Shown one piece after another: positions 48,934 through 63,038 of a stretch of 64,000 nucleotides of DNA; positions within the stretch are counted from its first letter, which is position 1; each line of letters begins with the position of its first letter. Where the stretch lies: the NCBI RefSeq assembly GCF_004010195.1, contig NC_057743.1, forward strand, positions 19,536,192 through 19,600,191, written 5' to 3'. The position numbers and the translations under genes are program-made. This stretch comes from Chiloscyllium plagiosum. Its lineage: Eukaryota. Under the pieces are notes generated by a model that worked only from the letters and a program-made list of their open reading frames with translations, was not told the origin of the DNA and did not search any database.

Positions 48934-49584
48934 TCACAACACACTTCTGGAGCAGCCGGACCTTATGCCTCAGAGGTAGGGACACTACACCACACCTCCA
49001 GAGCCTTTTAAAATCTGAAAAGGGGTTTGAGGACAATATTTCCAATGACCTGATGGTTATTTTTATCAACCCATTAGGACATTCTGTGAACCCTGACCTT
49101 AGGCCTCACAGGTAGAGACTGTACCACTAGAATCAAAAAGCGTGGCGCTGGAAAAGCACAGCATGTCAGGCAGCATTCCAGGAGAAGGACAGTCTAAATT
49201 TCGGACATAAGCCCTTTATTAGGAAGGTCCTGGAAGGAATGACTGGACCCCAGCAATCCTTTTTAACAATACTAATACAATTGCAAACAATCTTTTTTTA
49301 TTGCAAAAACTGTATTTTATTCACAAATATAAATCTTTGGTCTACATTCTCAGCTGCTAAAGCAGTTCTGCAGACTTTGCGTCTCTATATCCCAGAAGAG
49401 GGAGCTATTTAAAATCTTTCAGGTTCATCCCCTCACACCAGTCTGTCGCCCCTCTCCATATAACCACTTCAAGATGACTTGGAATTTGACACAAACTCAT
49501 CAGCAGACTGCATAAAAACCGACAGAAAGTCTCTCTCGGGGAACCGATAGAACCATACCCAGGAAAGAAAACGAAGAAACTTAC

Positions 49585-49657
49585 TTCAAGCCCTGGATGT
49601 GAAGGTGAATCCGCAGCAAACGGTTGAGGATAGAGACAGCACAAGCCGCGATCACAC
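49585..49657 (-). CDS. TMEM82: TMEM82 exon 2
   Basis: (G)VIAACAVSILNRLLRIHLHIQGL(N). 73 nt, cccAG/GTAAGT boundaries, phases 1 to 2. Confidence 0.9.
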
Positions 49658-49752
49658 CTGGGAACAGAAAGTGGGGTTAGAGTCAAACAGAATCCCATTG
49701 AAAACGTGTTGAGCTTCCAGCCCAGGGCTCCCCAGTCTAGTCTCCTCCTCAC

Positions 49753-49834
49753 CCTGCAGCAGGCTGTCGATGGATTTTGAGGTCATGGAAATCCACCCAA
49801 AGTTCGGAATGCACCATCGCAGAAAGCGCCACAT
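49753..49834 (-). CDS. TMEM82: TMEM82 exon 1
   Basis: MWRFLRWCIPNFGWISMTSKSIDSLLQG with conserved DSLLQG and a G|GTGAG donor. Lies in a CpG-rich patch (49600-49960). Confidence 0.9.
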
Positions 49835-52800
49835 TTCCAGGCTCCACGCCGCTCTGTCGAACTCGGGTTCACGGTCTAAAGTCCGAGTGGGTCCGCCTGT
49901 TTAATACAACACCGCCTGGTGGTAACCCGAGCGAGAGTGAACATCACACATTACCTCCGGCACTCCACCCAAACATACAGATATACCCACCCCTGCAACT
50001 CGCAAATAAACTATCCAGAAACTTAAAATACCCAATTCACAGTCTGCAATTTCAAATATAACCACTTAAAATCTGAAATACGTATTTTAAAAACTCTCAA
50101 ACAATAAATACCACACAAATAGGAAGATATTCCCAAACATTGCAATTTTTTTCCTGAACCTTACACGAAGTAGTGCAAATAATGCTGTACATAATTAATA
50201 ACTCTAAATATTCTTAAATGCCCTAGGCTTCCCTAATTCCCACCAATATCTTCCATATCATTTATATCTCCAAGTCCTCTCTTCATCCTACCCAAAATCA
50301 CCAGCCATTATATTCAAAATCCTGAAAGACTCTCAATAAGTCCAATTGTCTGCAAGTTCCCTGTAATATTATTAAGCCACTTCAATTCCTAATATCGGCC
50401 ACAATTGCCCCCCAACTTCCCGAAGTCACCATTCAGTCATTCCAAAACTGATGCTATCACACAATCATTCAACACTTCCATTTCCCTTTCTCCCTAGCCT
50501 GGAATCCCCTGTATCCTTCTTCCATTCAACCTTTGACCATTTTGGATGACTGGTCAGGATGCAGGTAAACGTTTGTCAGCCTGTCAACAATCTTAGGTCC
50601 CACATGATCACTTGGGCAAGTTACATTGGAGCACTCAGAAGCCGTGGAGTGTACCACAGACATCACTTCAGCAAAGAGGGAAAGAAAACTCTCCCCTTCT
50701 CTAGATTCATACGGATCAAGATTATAATTGGTGACATGTGAGAGACATGCCCAAACAAAGAGGCTTGAGACTCTGCTGTACTTGGGCCTCAAACTTCAAC
50801 CCTATCTTCAGGATGAACTGACTGATTGTGCCTTGTGAAAATAAATGGTGGAAGAGAAACAAAATATAGAGCCATAGAGTCACACAGCATGGAAACAAAG
50901 CCTTCAGTCCAACCAGTCCATGCTAACCAAATTTTGCAAACTAAATGATAGTTAGAAATCAAATTTCATCAACATGCTCAGTAATAGGGTGTCTCAGGAG
51001 TCAGGTGGTAGGAACCTTTTTTATTTCTTGGTACCTTTTGTGCCTTTAGACATTCCAAAGGGTCAAGTGAATTCAGTGGGTAATGGCGAGCAAGGCATCA
51101 GAGGGAACTTCCCCAACTGTACTTCCATTAACACACCAACAATCTGTGCTTTTATATACAGTACTGCCACTCACATGGTAAAACACCCCAAACTCTTCAT
51201 GGAAGTGATTATCATGCATAATTTGATACTGAACCAAATAAAAATTAATCAGACAGATGGGTAAAAGCTTTGTCAAAGAGATAGTTTCAAAGATTACATG
51301 ATGGTAAGAAAGGCAAAGGGCTTAAGGAGGGAATTCTAGAGTTTAGGCAGCTGAAGATATTGCTGACAACTGTGGAACAAAGAAAATTGAGATATGCAAG
51401 AAGCCATGGGAGTTTTTTGCTACCTGAGACAGAATGTTAGTTTAAAATTTTATTTGTGCATGTGCAGTTTAAATAAATGATATGGCCATTTGGTACAGAA
51501 ACAAACCGGTTTAAATTTGCAGTCGATCCCAAGTTGGGTAGGATGCTTTAAACAAATAGGATATAAAGAACAGATCAGAAAGGATCCAAATTTAACATTA
51601 AGGAAATGCACTGCTGAATGATATAGAAAAATACAAAATCATAAGACTAGTAGAATGAAATAGACAGCAGGAATATAAACTAAACTCAGGGGAGGGAATT
51701 GTGGATGTTAGGAGGTTAGCTCACTGAAATCAAATGGATATAACTAAATAGATCGTAGGATATGTAGCCAAAGGACTACAGCAAAATCACAATGGATGAT
51801 TATGTAGAAGTTGCTCGTCTAGTCACCCATGGACATATATGTATAAATTCTCAGTGTGACACTATAGGAAGCAAACCTGCATTGCAGTGCAAAATGAGAA
51901 AAACAAACTGATATCTGGTTTCAGGCAACTGGGCTACCTGGATGAGGTTAAGAGCCTGGGGTTTTGTGTAAGAGAAGGCTGATGAGAGATATTATTCAAG
52001 AGTTTAAGGAAGTGGATAAATTGTTCAGGCTTGTCAGGATATAGTCATAAGCTTATAAGTTAAGCACAGAAATAGGTTACTTTTAACTACTTTATGGTGT
52101 TCTGGCTGGTGAATGTGTAAATAAATGATATAGTAAATTATATCTGTTCCAAAGAAGAGTCATGTTGGACTCCAAAGCATTAACAGTAGTTCTCTCAGCA
52201 CTTTGTTTTTATTTTAGATTTCTTGTATCTTCAGTACCTTTATTTCATTGAATCTTTAGCCTGTTTAAACACTAGTTATTTTTAAAATATGATCTTCATT
52301 CATCATTCATGTAAAGTGTGCTTATTTCAGTGCATTGTGAAGGTCTATCAGTGGGATAAGTGAACACACTCGAGCACAATATCTATCTTCCTCCTCGATT
52401 GTACAATCCACTATTGCATATGTGCATGCGAATGTAGCCAATACTGTTTTTCTTGTACTCCTGTTCATTGGCTCTTTGTCCATCACTTATATTAATTGGC
52501 TATCAGTATCCAATACTCTCTGCATTTTAAAATCTGCAACATTTCTCCTGTAATTTAACTTTTGCCTCCCAATAAATCTTATAATTTGGTACCTTGCCTT
52601 TCTTCTCTGCACCCTCACCAACAGAGACTTAATTAGAAGTCAGAAGTTTACATTTATACACACTGTTGTTTTGACAACAGGACATAGCACAACTTATTAC
52701 CTGAGAAACTCCTGCAGAAATGTCCGGAAGCTGAAATTACTGACTTCCAACAGCCACAACATGATGTCATTGAACATCAGTGATGGAAGGTGTGTTTGTT

Positions 52801-52839
52801 TGTAGATGTACCAATCATTTGACTGTGTTATCTTTGACG

Positions 52840-53365
52840 TTGTCACCTTCTTGAGTGTTATTGGAGCCCATCCAGGCAAGTGGGGAAGTATTCCATCACA
52901 CTCTTTACTTGTGCCTTGTAGATGGTGGACAAGCTTTGGGGATGAGTTACTCGCTACAGTATTCGTAGCCTTTGATCTGCTTTTGTAACCAGTGTATTTA
53001 TGTGGTGAGTCTAGTTGAGTTTCTGGTCAATGGTAACCCAGGGTTTAATAGTGGTGGATTCAGTGATGGTAACACCATTGAATGTCAAAGGGCAGTGGTT
53101 AGATTGTCTCTTATTCATGATGGTTATGGCCTGATAATTGTGTGATACAACTATTACTTATTACTTCTCAGCCCAAGCCTGGATATTGTCCAGATTTTGT
53201 ATTTGAACATGAACAGTTTCAGTGTCTGAGGAGTCATGAATGGTGCTGAACATTGTGCAATCATCAGTGACCATCCCCACTTCTGATCTTGTGATGGAGC
53301 AAAGGTCATTGATGAAACAGCTGAAGATGGTTGGGCCTAGGACACTACCCTGAGGTAGTCCTGCA
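52840..53365 (-). mobile_element. LINE fragment (same family as 14278-15895)
   Basis: Shared motifs cccaagcctggatattgtccag and cagctgaagatggttgggcctaggacactaccctgagg. Confidence 0.78.
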
Positions 53366-55357
53366 GGAACTAATTAGAAACATGGTTTGAAGTTTAGTTG
53401 GAGTAGTCCCTTGATTTGTTGCAAATTTCATTGATTAACAACTTCCCATTGTAGTGATGTTAAAAAAAGTAACATTCAACTCTTATTCACAATTCTTATT
53501 TTAATTTTCTTTTTTGCAGCATTACAGGAACACATTGGAAGGCACACAGTGATCTCGAGGAGGACAGTGATCCCCGATGAAGGCAAGGTTAGTGATCCTC
53601 AGTGTGGGCAGGACTAGTGATCCTTGAGGCATTTGTGATGGGCAGTTCCAGCTTTCTTGGATGTGACAAAATTCAGTGTTAGGATACGAAGACTACAATG
53701 AAAGGCACTTTCATTGGGAAATTAAATAGTCTAGATGCTAACACACAATATAAATTAACTCAGTTTCTCCCTTACAGAAAATCAATACACTGTTTTGATC
53801 AGAGGTCAGTAACACCATATATGTATTGGAGGTTCCATTCCATTGGCTTAGTTTGGTCCAGTTCCTTGTTCTACATCATTACTATGAGTTAGAAGTCTAA
53901 CATTGCAGTTGTAAGACTACTCAGCCTCTCAACTTCAGCAAAAAAAAACAATGCTTTTCGTCAAACGTTGTTCATGAATAAGTGTGCAAAGCCATTGCTA
54001 TCCATGGCTCACTTTAACTGTTCATTTGAGTAAGAAGTCAAAAAATAGAAGTTACCAAAGTGTCACATCTGAGACTGCATAGAGATGCTGACAGTTGCAT
54101 GTTTTATGTATCCTGAATGTTAAAAAGACAAAACTAAGCAAAACTTGTTTTCAGATATCAGTTGCAGGTCCCATTTGTGCAACACACATTGAGGATGCTG
54201 TTCACAACCAGTCTGATGGCAGGTTGTAAGTTCCTACATGCATCCTCTATGAAATGAGATGGGGGCAATTGCAATCTAGTCCTTGGTGGGTTTGAGCACT
54301 AATTTGATAATCCAATTAAAAGCAGCAACTGTTAGAAAGTGTACAAAATATTAAATTTTCACATTAGGATTTTTCTGAAAATGAAATAGAGACACATATT
54401 CAGGATTTGTAGAGGAGCTTTACTCTATATTTAACCGGTATTGTTAATGTTTTATTGAGACCATTAATATACAACTAATATGTGCTTTTGACCACCTGGC
54501 AATGTTTGAGAGACAGTGCAGACGGATCTGACCCAGGACTGCTTGATGTGGACACTGGGTGCTTATAACAGAAGGTGTATCACACTACGCCAACTTCCCC
54601 GATGGGTACAAACAAATGGAAAGTTTTTTTAATAAAAGTAGACTGTTAAACAGAGAGCTGCAGGGCAGTGGGAAATTGCAAAGTGGGTTTTGTATTCAAA
54701 GGAGTCAGGGAGCAGAGAAAATTCAGCAATTCTTACATTAATTTTACCTTGGAATTATAAAATTAGTAATTTGAGGCTGCACAGTGGGAGAAAGAGGAAT
54801 CTGGAACAAGCAGCGAGGGTGAGGGAATTAAGTGGCCAAAGCAAGGCTTCAAAATGGACCTGAATGTGATGAGACTGATCAACAGATAAATACAAGGTGA
54901 TGGTTTATAATTTAGTCGCTGCTTTGTCTTTGATGTTACTCCAAGACCAGTATATGAATCGGTCTATCTATGTGATAACGTTCTTCCAAATGGCCCACCA
55001 TTGCCGTTGGCATCATTTCCTCATTACCACAGGATGCGGACAGTGACCAGGCTTGGGGCCCTATCTGAATTTCTGTAGCAATCACTCATTCCATCAAATT
55101 GTTGCTGATGAAGTGAGAAAAGTATCAGTAGGAAGGAGTGGATCTTTACTCAGATGGTTCCAGTGTAATTTGAGGAAAAATGGATTTTCTTCCTGACCTG
55201 TGAATGGAAACACTCTCTTCTTGGTCACCCTTAGAAACTCAACAGGCAGGTCTGCCAACTCCTCTGGCTCAATGTTGATGGAGACCACACACTCCCCCTG
55301 TTTCTACTGGAGGCTTCGCCCCATTGACATAGACACTCAGTATCTGTAGCGGGTGCC

Positions 55358-55591
<234 letters not shown>

Positions 55592-56669
55592 CTACACTTG
55601 CTTTATCAACATAAAGTGCTCAATGAACAGCACCATTTAAACAAACAGTGTACATTTTGACTCTTTTGGACAGATGACTGATATAACGCGGTGATTGGCC
55701 ACCCCTTCCCGCGACAAAGTGCCTCGGTGACCTTATTTAAATTCGGGTCCCAAAGTGGTGGTCCAAACCAGCAAACCTGGTGAGGCTTCAGAATTCAGCA
55801 GTAGTATTTGCCAGCAAGGTAGGTTGAAGACTCACCACAGAGGATCTTCCAGTCCCTTCAAAAGCAATGTGCAGGCTACAAACAATTCCTATCTATAATG
55901 GTGTTCAGGCTCTTGCTTAAGTAAGAGAGGCAGGAAGGCTACCAACCTGAACATGATGCCAGAAAGAGCACTTACAATCAAATCCAAACCCCAAGCACTG
56001 GATAAGCGGTTGTTTGGCATACAGGAGAAAAATCAACCGTGCATTTTAAAAATGAATGGCATTTTGTACAACAATAGCTGGAGTTAGGGTAATGCTACAT
56101 CAACCTTTTAATGTGACTCCTGCTATGGTTTTACAGGCAGCAGCTAGTTTCTGACATCTTATCCAAATAACCATTCGTCATGGATTAGTGAATACCGGCT
56201 TGACTGTTTTTACCAATCTTACTCGAGATTCACAACCAGCAAAGGGACTGCGGTGTGGTCAAAGTTAGAATCCAGTTTGAATTTATTCCCCTCCCTAGCC
56301 TTCAGCAAACCCAGCACAAGCAAGGTGTTAAGACCTGGAAGATCTGTAACCACCCTCAGAGCTGACTCACCAAATCAGCCATCAGGGAGTCTGTTTGAAC
56401 CGTCTGCATTCCCTTTCGCCGTACTATTAAAGACTTTCCTGTGCAACTATCCTTATTGACTGTCACTGGGAGAGGCAGGACTGCAGCTCAACATTCTGAT
56501 GTCCAACCTTGACAACATCTTCTGCAATTGGCTTGAGGAGGCTGTGAAGCCTGAAGTTGGACATAATGGGATAACCAATGGTGGGAGTGGAGGCATGCGG
56601 TGGGCAGAGGTCACCTGTTGAATGCTCCTGGAATTTTTCCAAGCAGCTGTCACAACCCAACATGAGGAT

Positions 56670-59600
56670 TCTGGGTAATCCAAGATGGAGGACGGGAAAA
56701 ATTTCTGGCTGTAAGAGCTGCTCCTTTTTTTGAGGTATTTTAGGTGCTGGAGGTGATTTTCTTGAATTCCAGGAGCAGCAATTACTGTTTTATATGCTGT
56801 TGCATTGTTTTGGAACTTTGGAAAAAAAAAAGTCAAAACAACAGCAGTTTTAAAAGGGAGAAGAGCAGACAAAGGAAGCACATGGTGAGGACAGTGCAGG
56901 AGAGCGAGAGAGAGAGAGAGAGAACGAACGAACCTGCACAGTTACTACCTTTGCTGTTTTTGAATTCATGTGTCGCTGGACATCGGAGTGCATCTGGGAC
57001 AATTAACAAACAGTGAATTTCACAACTAATCTTGGAGGAACTGTTGGAAGTTCACAGCACAGAATCAGACAAGTTAATTGGTGTTTTAAGTCTGTCCAAG
57101 AGAAAGGCTGCAGTAGTGAGTATAGTGGATTCTTTCTTGATTATATATTTTTGGAGATAAGTTTCTTGATTAAACTTAAAATATAAGCCATAGCTATTAA
57201 TTTAACCTGGGGCAGTGTTTGTAGAGGAATAAGATGGTGTTATTTTTTGGGTCTGTAGATTGTGAAGGAGCAAAAATGGCCTTTGCAGTGATATGTACTT
57301 CTTGTCAGATGTGGGAGTTTAAAGAGAGTTTAAGAGTTACTGCGGATTATATCTGCCATAAATGCTGTTGAATGCGAATCTTATCAGATCAAGTGGATCG
57401 GTTGGAAAGACAGATAGAAGCGATGAGGAATTTGCAACAGCAACAGTATGTGCTGGATGGCAGTTATAGAAAGGGGGGGCAAGTCTCAGATACAGTCACA
57501 TAGATGGGTTAACTCCAGGAAGGGTAAGAGAGGTAGGCAGCTAGAGCAGGAGTCTTTTGTGGATATACCCATTTCAAACAGGTATGCTGTTTTGGAAAAT
57601 GTAGGGGGCGATGGATTCTCAGGGGAACGTAGCACGAACAGCCAAGTTTCTGGTATTGAGACTGGCTGTATTGCAACGAGGGGTACGTCGGTGTCCAAGA
57701 GATCAATTGTGTTAGGGGATTCTGTAGTCCGAGGTACTGACAGGCGTTTCTGTGACCAGCAGAGAAAAAGCAGAATGGTGTGTTATTTCCCTGGTGCCAG
57801 GATCAAGGATGTCTCAGAGAGGGTGCAGAATGTTCTCACGGGGGAGAGGGGCCAGCAGGAGGTCATTGTCCACATTGGAACCAACGGCATTGGAAAGGAA
57901 AAGGTTGAGATTCTGAAGGGAGATTACAGAGAGTTAGGCAGAAATTTAAAAAGGAGGTCCTTAAGTGTAGTAAAATCTAGATTACTCCCAGTGCTACGAG
58001 CTAGTGAGGACAGGAATAGGAGGTTGGAGCAGATGAATGCATGGCTGAGGAGCTGGTGTATGGGAGAAGGATTCACATTTTTGGATCATTGGAATCTCTT
58101 TTGGGGTAGAAGTGACCTGTACAAGAAGGACGGATTGCACCTAAATTGGAAAGGGACTAACATACTGGCAGGGAAATTTGCTAGAACTGCTTGGGAGGAT
58201 TTAAACTAGTAAGGTGGGGGGGTGAGACCCAGGGAGATAATGAGGAAAGAGATCGGTCTGAGACGGGTACAGTTGAGAACAGAAGTGAGTCAAACAGTCA
58301 GGGCAGGCAGGGACAAGGTAGGACTAATAAATTAAACTGCGTTTATTTCAATGCAAGGGGCCTAACAGGGAAGGCAGATGAACTCAGGGCATGGTTAGGA
58401 ACATGGGACTGGGATATTATAGCAATTATGGAAACATGGCTCACGCCTGGGCAGGACTGGCAGCTTAATGTTCCAGGATACAAATGCTACAGGAAGGATA
58501 GAATGGGAAGCAAGTGAGAAGGGGGAGTGGCTTTTTTGATAAATGATAGCATTACAGCTGTGCTGAGGGAGGATATTCCTGGAAATACATCCAGGGAAGT
58601 TATTTGGGTGGAACTGAGAAGTAAAAAAGGGATGATCACATTATTGGGATTGTATTATAGACCCCCCCCCAATAGTCAGAGGGAAATTGAGAAACAAACT
58701 TGTAAGGAGATCTCAGCCATCTGTAAGAATAATAGGGTAGTTATGGTAGGGGATTTTAACTTTCTAAACATCAACTGGGACTGCCATAGTGTTAAAGGTT
58801 AAGATGGAGAGGAATTTAAGTGTGTACAAGACAATTTTCTGATTCAGTATGTGGATGTACCTACTAGAGAAGGTGTAAAACTTGACCTACTCTTGGGAAG
58901 TAAGACAGGGCAGGTGACTGAGGTGTCAGTGGGGAAGCACTTTGGGGCCAGAAACCATAATTCTACTCGTTTTAAAATAGTGATGGAAAAGGATAGACCA
59001 GATCTAAAAATTGAAGTTCTAAATTGGAAAAAGACTAATTTTGACGGTATTAGGCAAGAACTTTTGAAAGCTGATTGGAGGCAGATGTTGCAGGCAAAGG
59101 GATGGCTGGAAAATGGAAAGCCTTCAGAAATGAGATAACAAGAATCCAGAGAAAGTATATTCCTGATAGGGTGAAAGGGAAGGCTGGTAGCTATAGGGAA
59201 TGCTGGATGACTAAAGAAATTGAGGGTTTGGTTAAGAAAAAGAAGGAAGCATATGTCAGCTATAGACAAGATAAATCGAGTGAATCCTGAGAAGAGTATA
59301 AAGAAAGTAGGAGTATACTTAAGAGGGAAATCAGGAGGGCAAAACGGGAACATGAGATAGCTTTGGCAAATAGAATTAAGGAGAATCCAAAGGGTTTTTA
59401 CAAATATATTAAGGACAAAAGGGTAACTAGGGAGAGAATAGGGCCCCTCAAAAATCAGCAAGGTGGCCTTTGTGTGGAGCCACAAAAAAATGAGGGAGGT
59501 ACTAAACGAATATTTTGCATCAGTATTTACTGTGGAAAAGGATATGGAAGAAATAGACTGTAGGGAAATAGATGGTGACATCTTGCAAAATGTACTGATT

Positions 59601-60980
59601 ACAGAGGAGGAAGTGCTGGATGTNNNNNNNNNNNNNNNNNNNNNNNNNNNNNNNNNNNNNNNNNNNNNNNNNNNNNNNNNNNNNNNNNNNNNNNNNNNNN
59701 NNNNNNNNNNNNNNNNNNNNNNNNNNNNNNNNNNNNNNNNNNNNNNNNNNNNNNNNNNNNNNNNNNNNNNNNNNNNNNNNNNNNNNNNNNNNNNNNNNNN
59801 NNNNNNNNNNNNNNNNNNNNNNNNNNNNNNNNNNNNNNNNNNNNNNNNNNNNNNNNNNNNNNNNNNNNNNNNNNNNNNNNNNNNNNNNNNNNNNNNNNNN
59901 NNNNNNNNNNNNNNNNNNNNNNNNNNNNNNNNNNNNNNNNNNNNNNNNNNNNNNNNNNNNNNNNNNNNNNNNNNNNNNNNNNNNNNNNNNNNNNNNNNNN
60001 NNNNNNNNNNNNNNNNNNNNNNNNNNNNNNNNNNNNNNNNNNNNNNNNNNNNNNNNNNNNNNNNNNNNNNNNNNNNNNNNNNNNNNNNNNNNNNNNNNNN
60101 NNNNNNNNNNNNNNNNNNNNNNNNNNNNNNNNNNNNNNNNNNNNNNNNNNNNNNNNNNNNNNNNNNNNNNNNNNNNNNNNNNNNNNNNNNNNNNNNNNNN
60201 NNNNNNNNNNNNNNNNNNNNNNNNNNNNNATTATACACTTAATGGTAAGGTCCTAGGGAGTGCTGCTGAACAAAGAGACCTTGGAGTGCAGGCTCATAAC
60301 TCCTTAAAAGTGGAGTCGCAGGTAGATAGGATAGTAAAGAAGGCGTTTGGTATGCTTTCCTTTATTGGTCAGAGTATTGAGTACAGGAGTTGGGAGGTCA
60401 TGTTGCAGCTGTACAGGGCATTGGTTAGGCCACTGTTGGAATATTGCATGCAATTCTGGTCTCCTTCCTATCGGAACGATGTTGTGAAACTTGAAAGGGT
60501 TCAGAAAAGATTTACAAAGATGTTGCAAGGGTTGGAGGATCTGAGCTACAGGGAGAGGATGAACAGGCTGGGGCTGTTTTCCCTGCAGTGTCGGAGGCTG
60601 AGGGGTGACATTATAAAGGTTTACAAAATTATGAGGGGCATGGATAGGATAAATAGACAAAGTCTTTTCCCTGGGGTGGGGGAGTCCAGAACTAGAGTGT
60701 GTAGGTTTGCGGTGAGACGGGAAATATATAAAAGAGACCTAAGGGGCAACTTTTTCACGCAGAGGGTGGTACGTGTATGGAATGAGCTGCCAGAGGATGT
60801 GGTGGAGGCTGGTACAATTGCAACATTTAAGAGGCATTTGGATGGGTATATGAATAGGAAGGTTTTGGAGGGATATGGGCCGGGTGCTGGCAGGTGAGAC
60901 TAGATTGGGTTGGGATATCTGGTCGGCGTGGACAGGTCAGACTGAAGGGTCTGTTTCCATGCTGTACATCTCTATGACCC
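56670..60980 (+). mobile_element. Near full-length CR1 LINE (5' UTR, ORF1, ORF2 with gap, 3' tail), antisense in the last SLC25A34 intron
   Basis: ORF1 with zinc finger, coiled coil and esterase. ORF2 with APE endonuclease (YFNARGL, ETWL, YYRPP, GDFN) and CR1 C-terminus. Assembly gap at 59624-60229. The 5' boundary is approximate. Confidence 0.92.
57276..58209 (+). pseudogene. CR1 ORF1: zinc finger/leucine zipper plus SGNH esterase domain
   Basis: MAFAVICTSCQMWE...YICHKC, then IVLGDSVVRG, FPGARIKDV, HIGTNGI and KDGLHLN. One in-frame stop (~57369) and a frameshift near 57475. Confidence 0.88.
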
Positions 60981-61131
60981 TGAATGTCCTGTATATATGA
61001 ATGGCTAGAGACAGATGGATGCACATAGACACACACCTTGCTTCCTCAAAAAATCATTGAAGTACATTGTGGTTTTATTAGGTGTGGATTTCGAGATACC
61101 ACTGGCATTCTGGCTGGTCTTGTTCTCCCTA

Positions 61132-61371
<240 letters not shown>

Positions 61372-62027
61372 TTAATAATATCACAAAATCAACTTGTGTT
61401 AAAGCTCATGAACTCCTCTTTATCCAATTCAACTTTTAAACGGATCTGACAGCTAATTAATACCTGCTGCTCCACCAAGGAATGAATTAAAGAATTTAGG
61501 ATTCAATGTTGAAGGTGCTCACTTGAACCACAACAATTTGCTTTTGGCTGTATTATACATTTCTGTTCCCCTTAATAGCTTGAAAACTTCAATAAATTAC
61601 TACTCATCCATCCCAAATTCCAAGAAATATGATCCTGGTTTAAATTATCTTTCCCCATTATTTAGGCCTTGGAGTCTAGATAGTAAATTTACACTGCATT
61701 CCTTCCAAAGCCAATATAGTCTTCCTAAGGTGTGTTGGATAGACACAGATGGCAGTGGAAGTAGACTGTCTTTTGGAGAATGGATGGTTAGAAATTCAGA
61801 TCAGGGCTGAACATGAATGCCAATTAATCTGATGCAGTCCATTAAATTTATTCTTAATCTCATAGGATCATTGGGCAGATTGTACTGGTCTCAGAAGGTG
61901 GAAAATGTGAGGGTGTGTGTAACATTTTGGTGAACCTTGGGAGCTTGACTTGCCAACCACGTTCAGCAAATAGGGCATTTTACTGACGGCCAGTTTGGAA
62001 TCAGGCCAGAGGAGTCAGGCTCAGAAA

Positions 62028-62217
62028 GCATGGTGCTGGAAAAGCACAGCAGGTCAGGCAGCATCCGAGGAGCAGGAGAATCGACATTTCGGGCAATAAG
62101 GGCTTATACCCGAAACTTCAACTCTCCTGCTCCTCAGATGCTGCCTGACCTGCTGTGCTTTTCCAGCACCACACTTTTTGACTCTGATCCCAGCATCTGC
62201 AGTGCTCACTTTCTCCC
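62028..62217. mobile_element. Palindromic Penelope-derived mini-element
   Basis: Inverted arms tggtgctggaaaagcacagcagg...tttcgggc / cccgaaac...ttttccagcacca. Confidence 0.8.
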
Positions 62218-62544
62218 TGAGGATTCATAGGCAAAGGCTAATTTACTAGTAATTTACCAAGAGCAGATTGACTGGGGTGGGGAAGCTGATGGCCACATGG
62301 GCACCTTTTGAAATGGGGCAGGATAGGACAGCCTCTGCCACCACCTCAACCAAAAACAGGCAACAAACCTCAGATAAAGTTATTAAACCATTACGAACAG
62401 CGCCCGGAGCATGAAGATCTGAACAAAAAAAAAATCCTTTGGATCACTGAATTTTCTATCTCCAACAACGCCAAGGAGGTCTGTCACTTCAGGGACCCTC
62501 TTGAGGTCTGATGAGTTGTTGCGCTGTGACCCTGTCAACTTGCT

Positions 62545-62733
62545 AGGAAGTGGTGGAGGCTGATACAATTACAACATTTAAAAGGCATCTGGATGGATAT
62601 ATGAATTGAAAGGGTTTAGAGGGATATGGGCGAAACCTAGTCCCATTGACCAGCATTAATTTAGAATATCTAGTTGGCATGGACGAGTTGGACTGAAGGG
62701 TCTGTTTCTGTGCTGTATATCTCTATGACTCTG
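62545..62733 (+). mobile_element. CR1 extreme 3' fragment
   Basis: ggaagtggtggaggctgatacaattacaacatttaaaaggcatctgg...ctctatgactct. Confidence 0.8.
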
Positions 62734-62789
62734 AATCACCAATCCTGGTCCTGAAGGCAGATTGTATTCAAGACTGCAGCTATCAATCA

Positions 62790-63038
<249 letters not shown>

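Noticed and set aside
53540-53630. Three short repeats of agtgatc(c/t)...
   Set aside because: Degenerate minisatellite-like triplet with no supporting structure.
58844-60897. Long ORFs of 259-464 aa
   Set aside because: Inflated by the N gap at 59624-60229. The real parts are CR1 ORF2 or its antisense.
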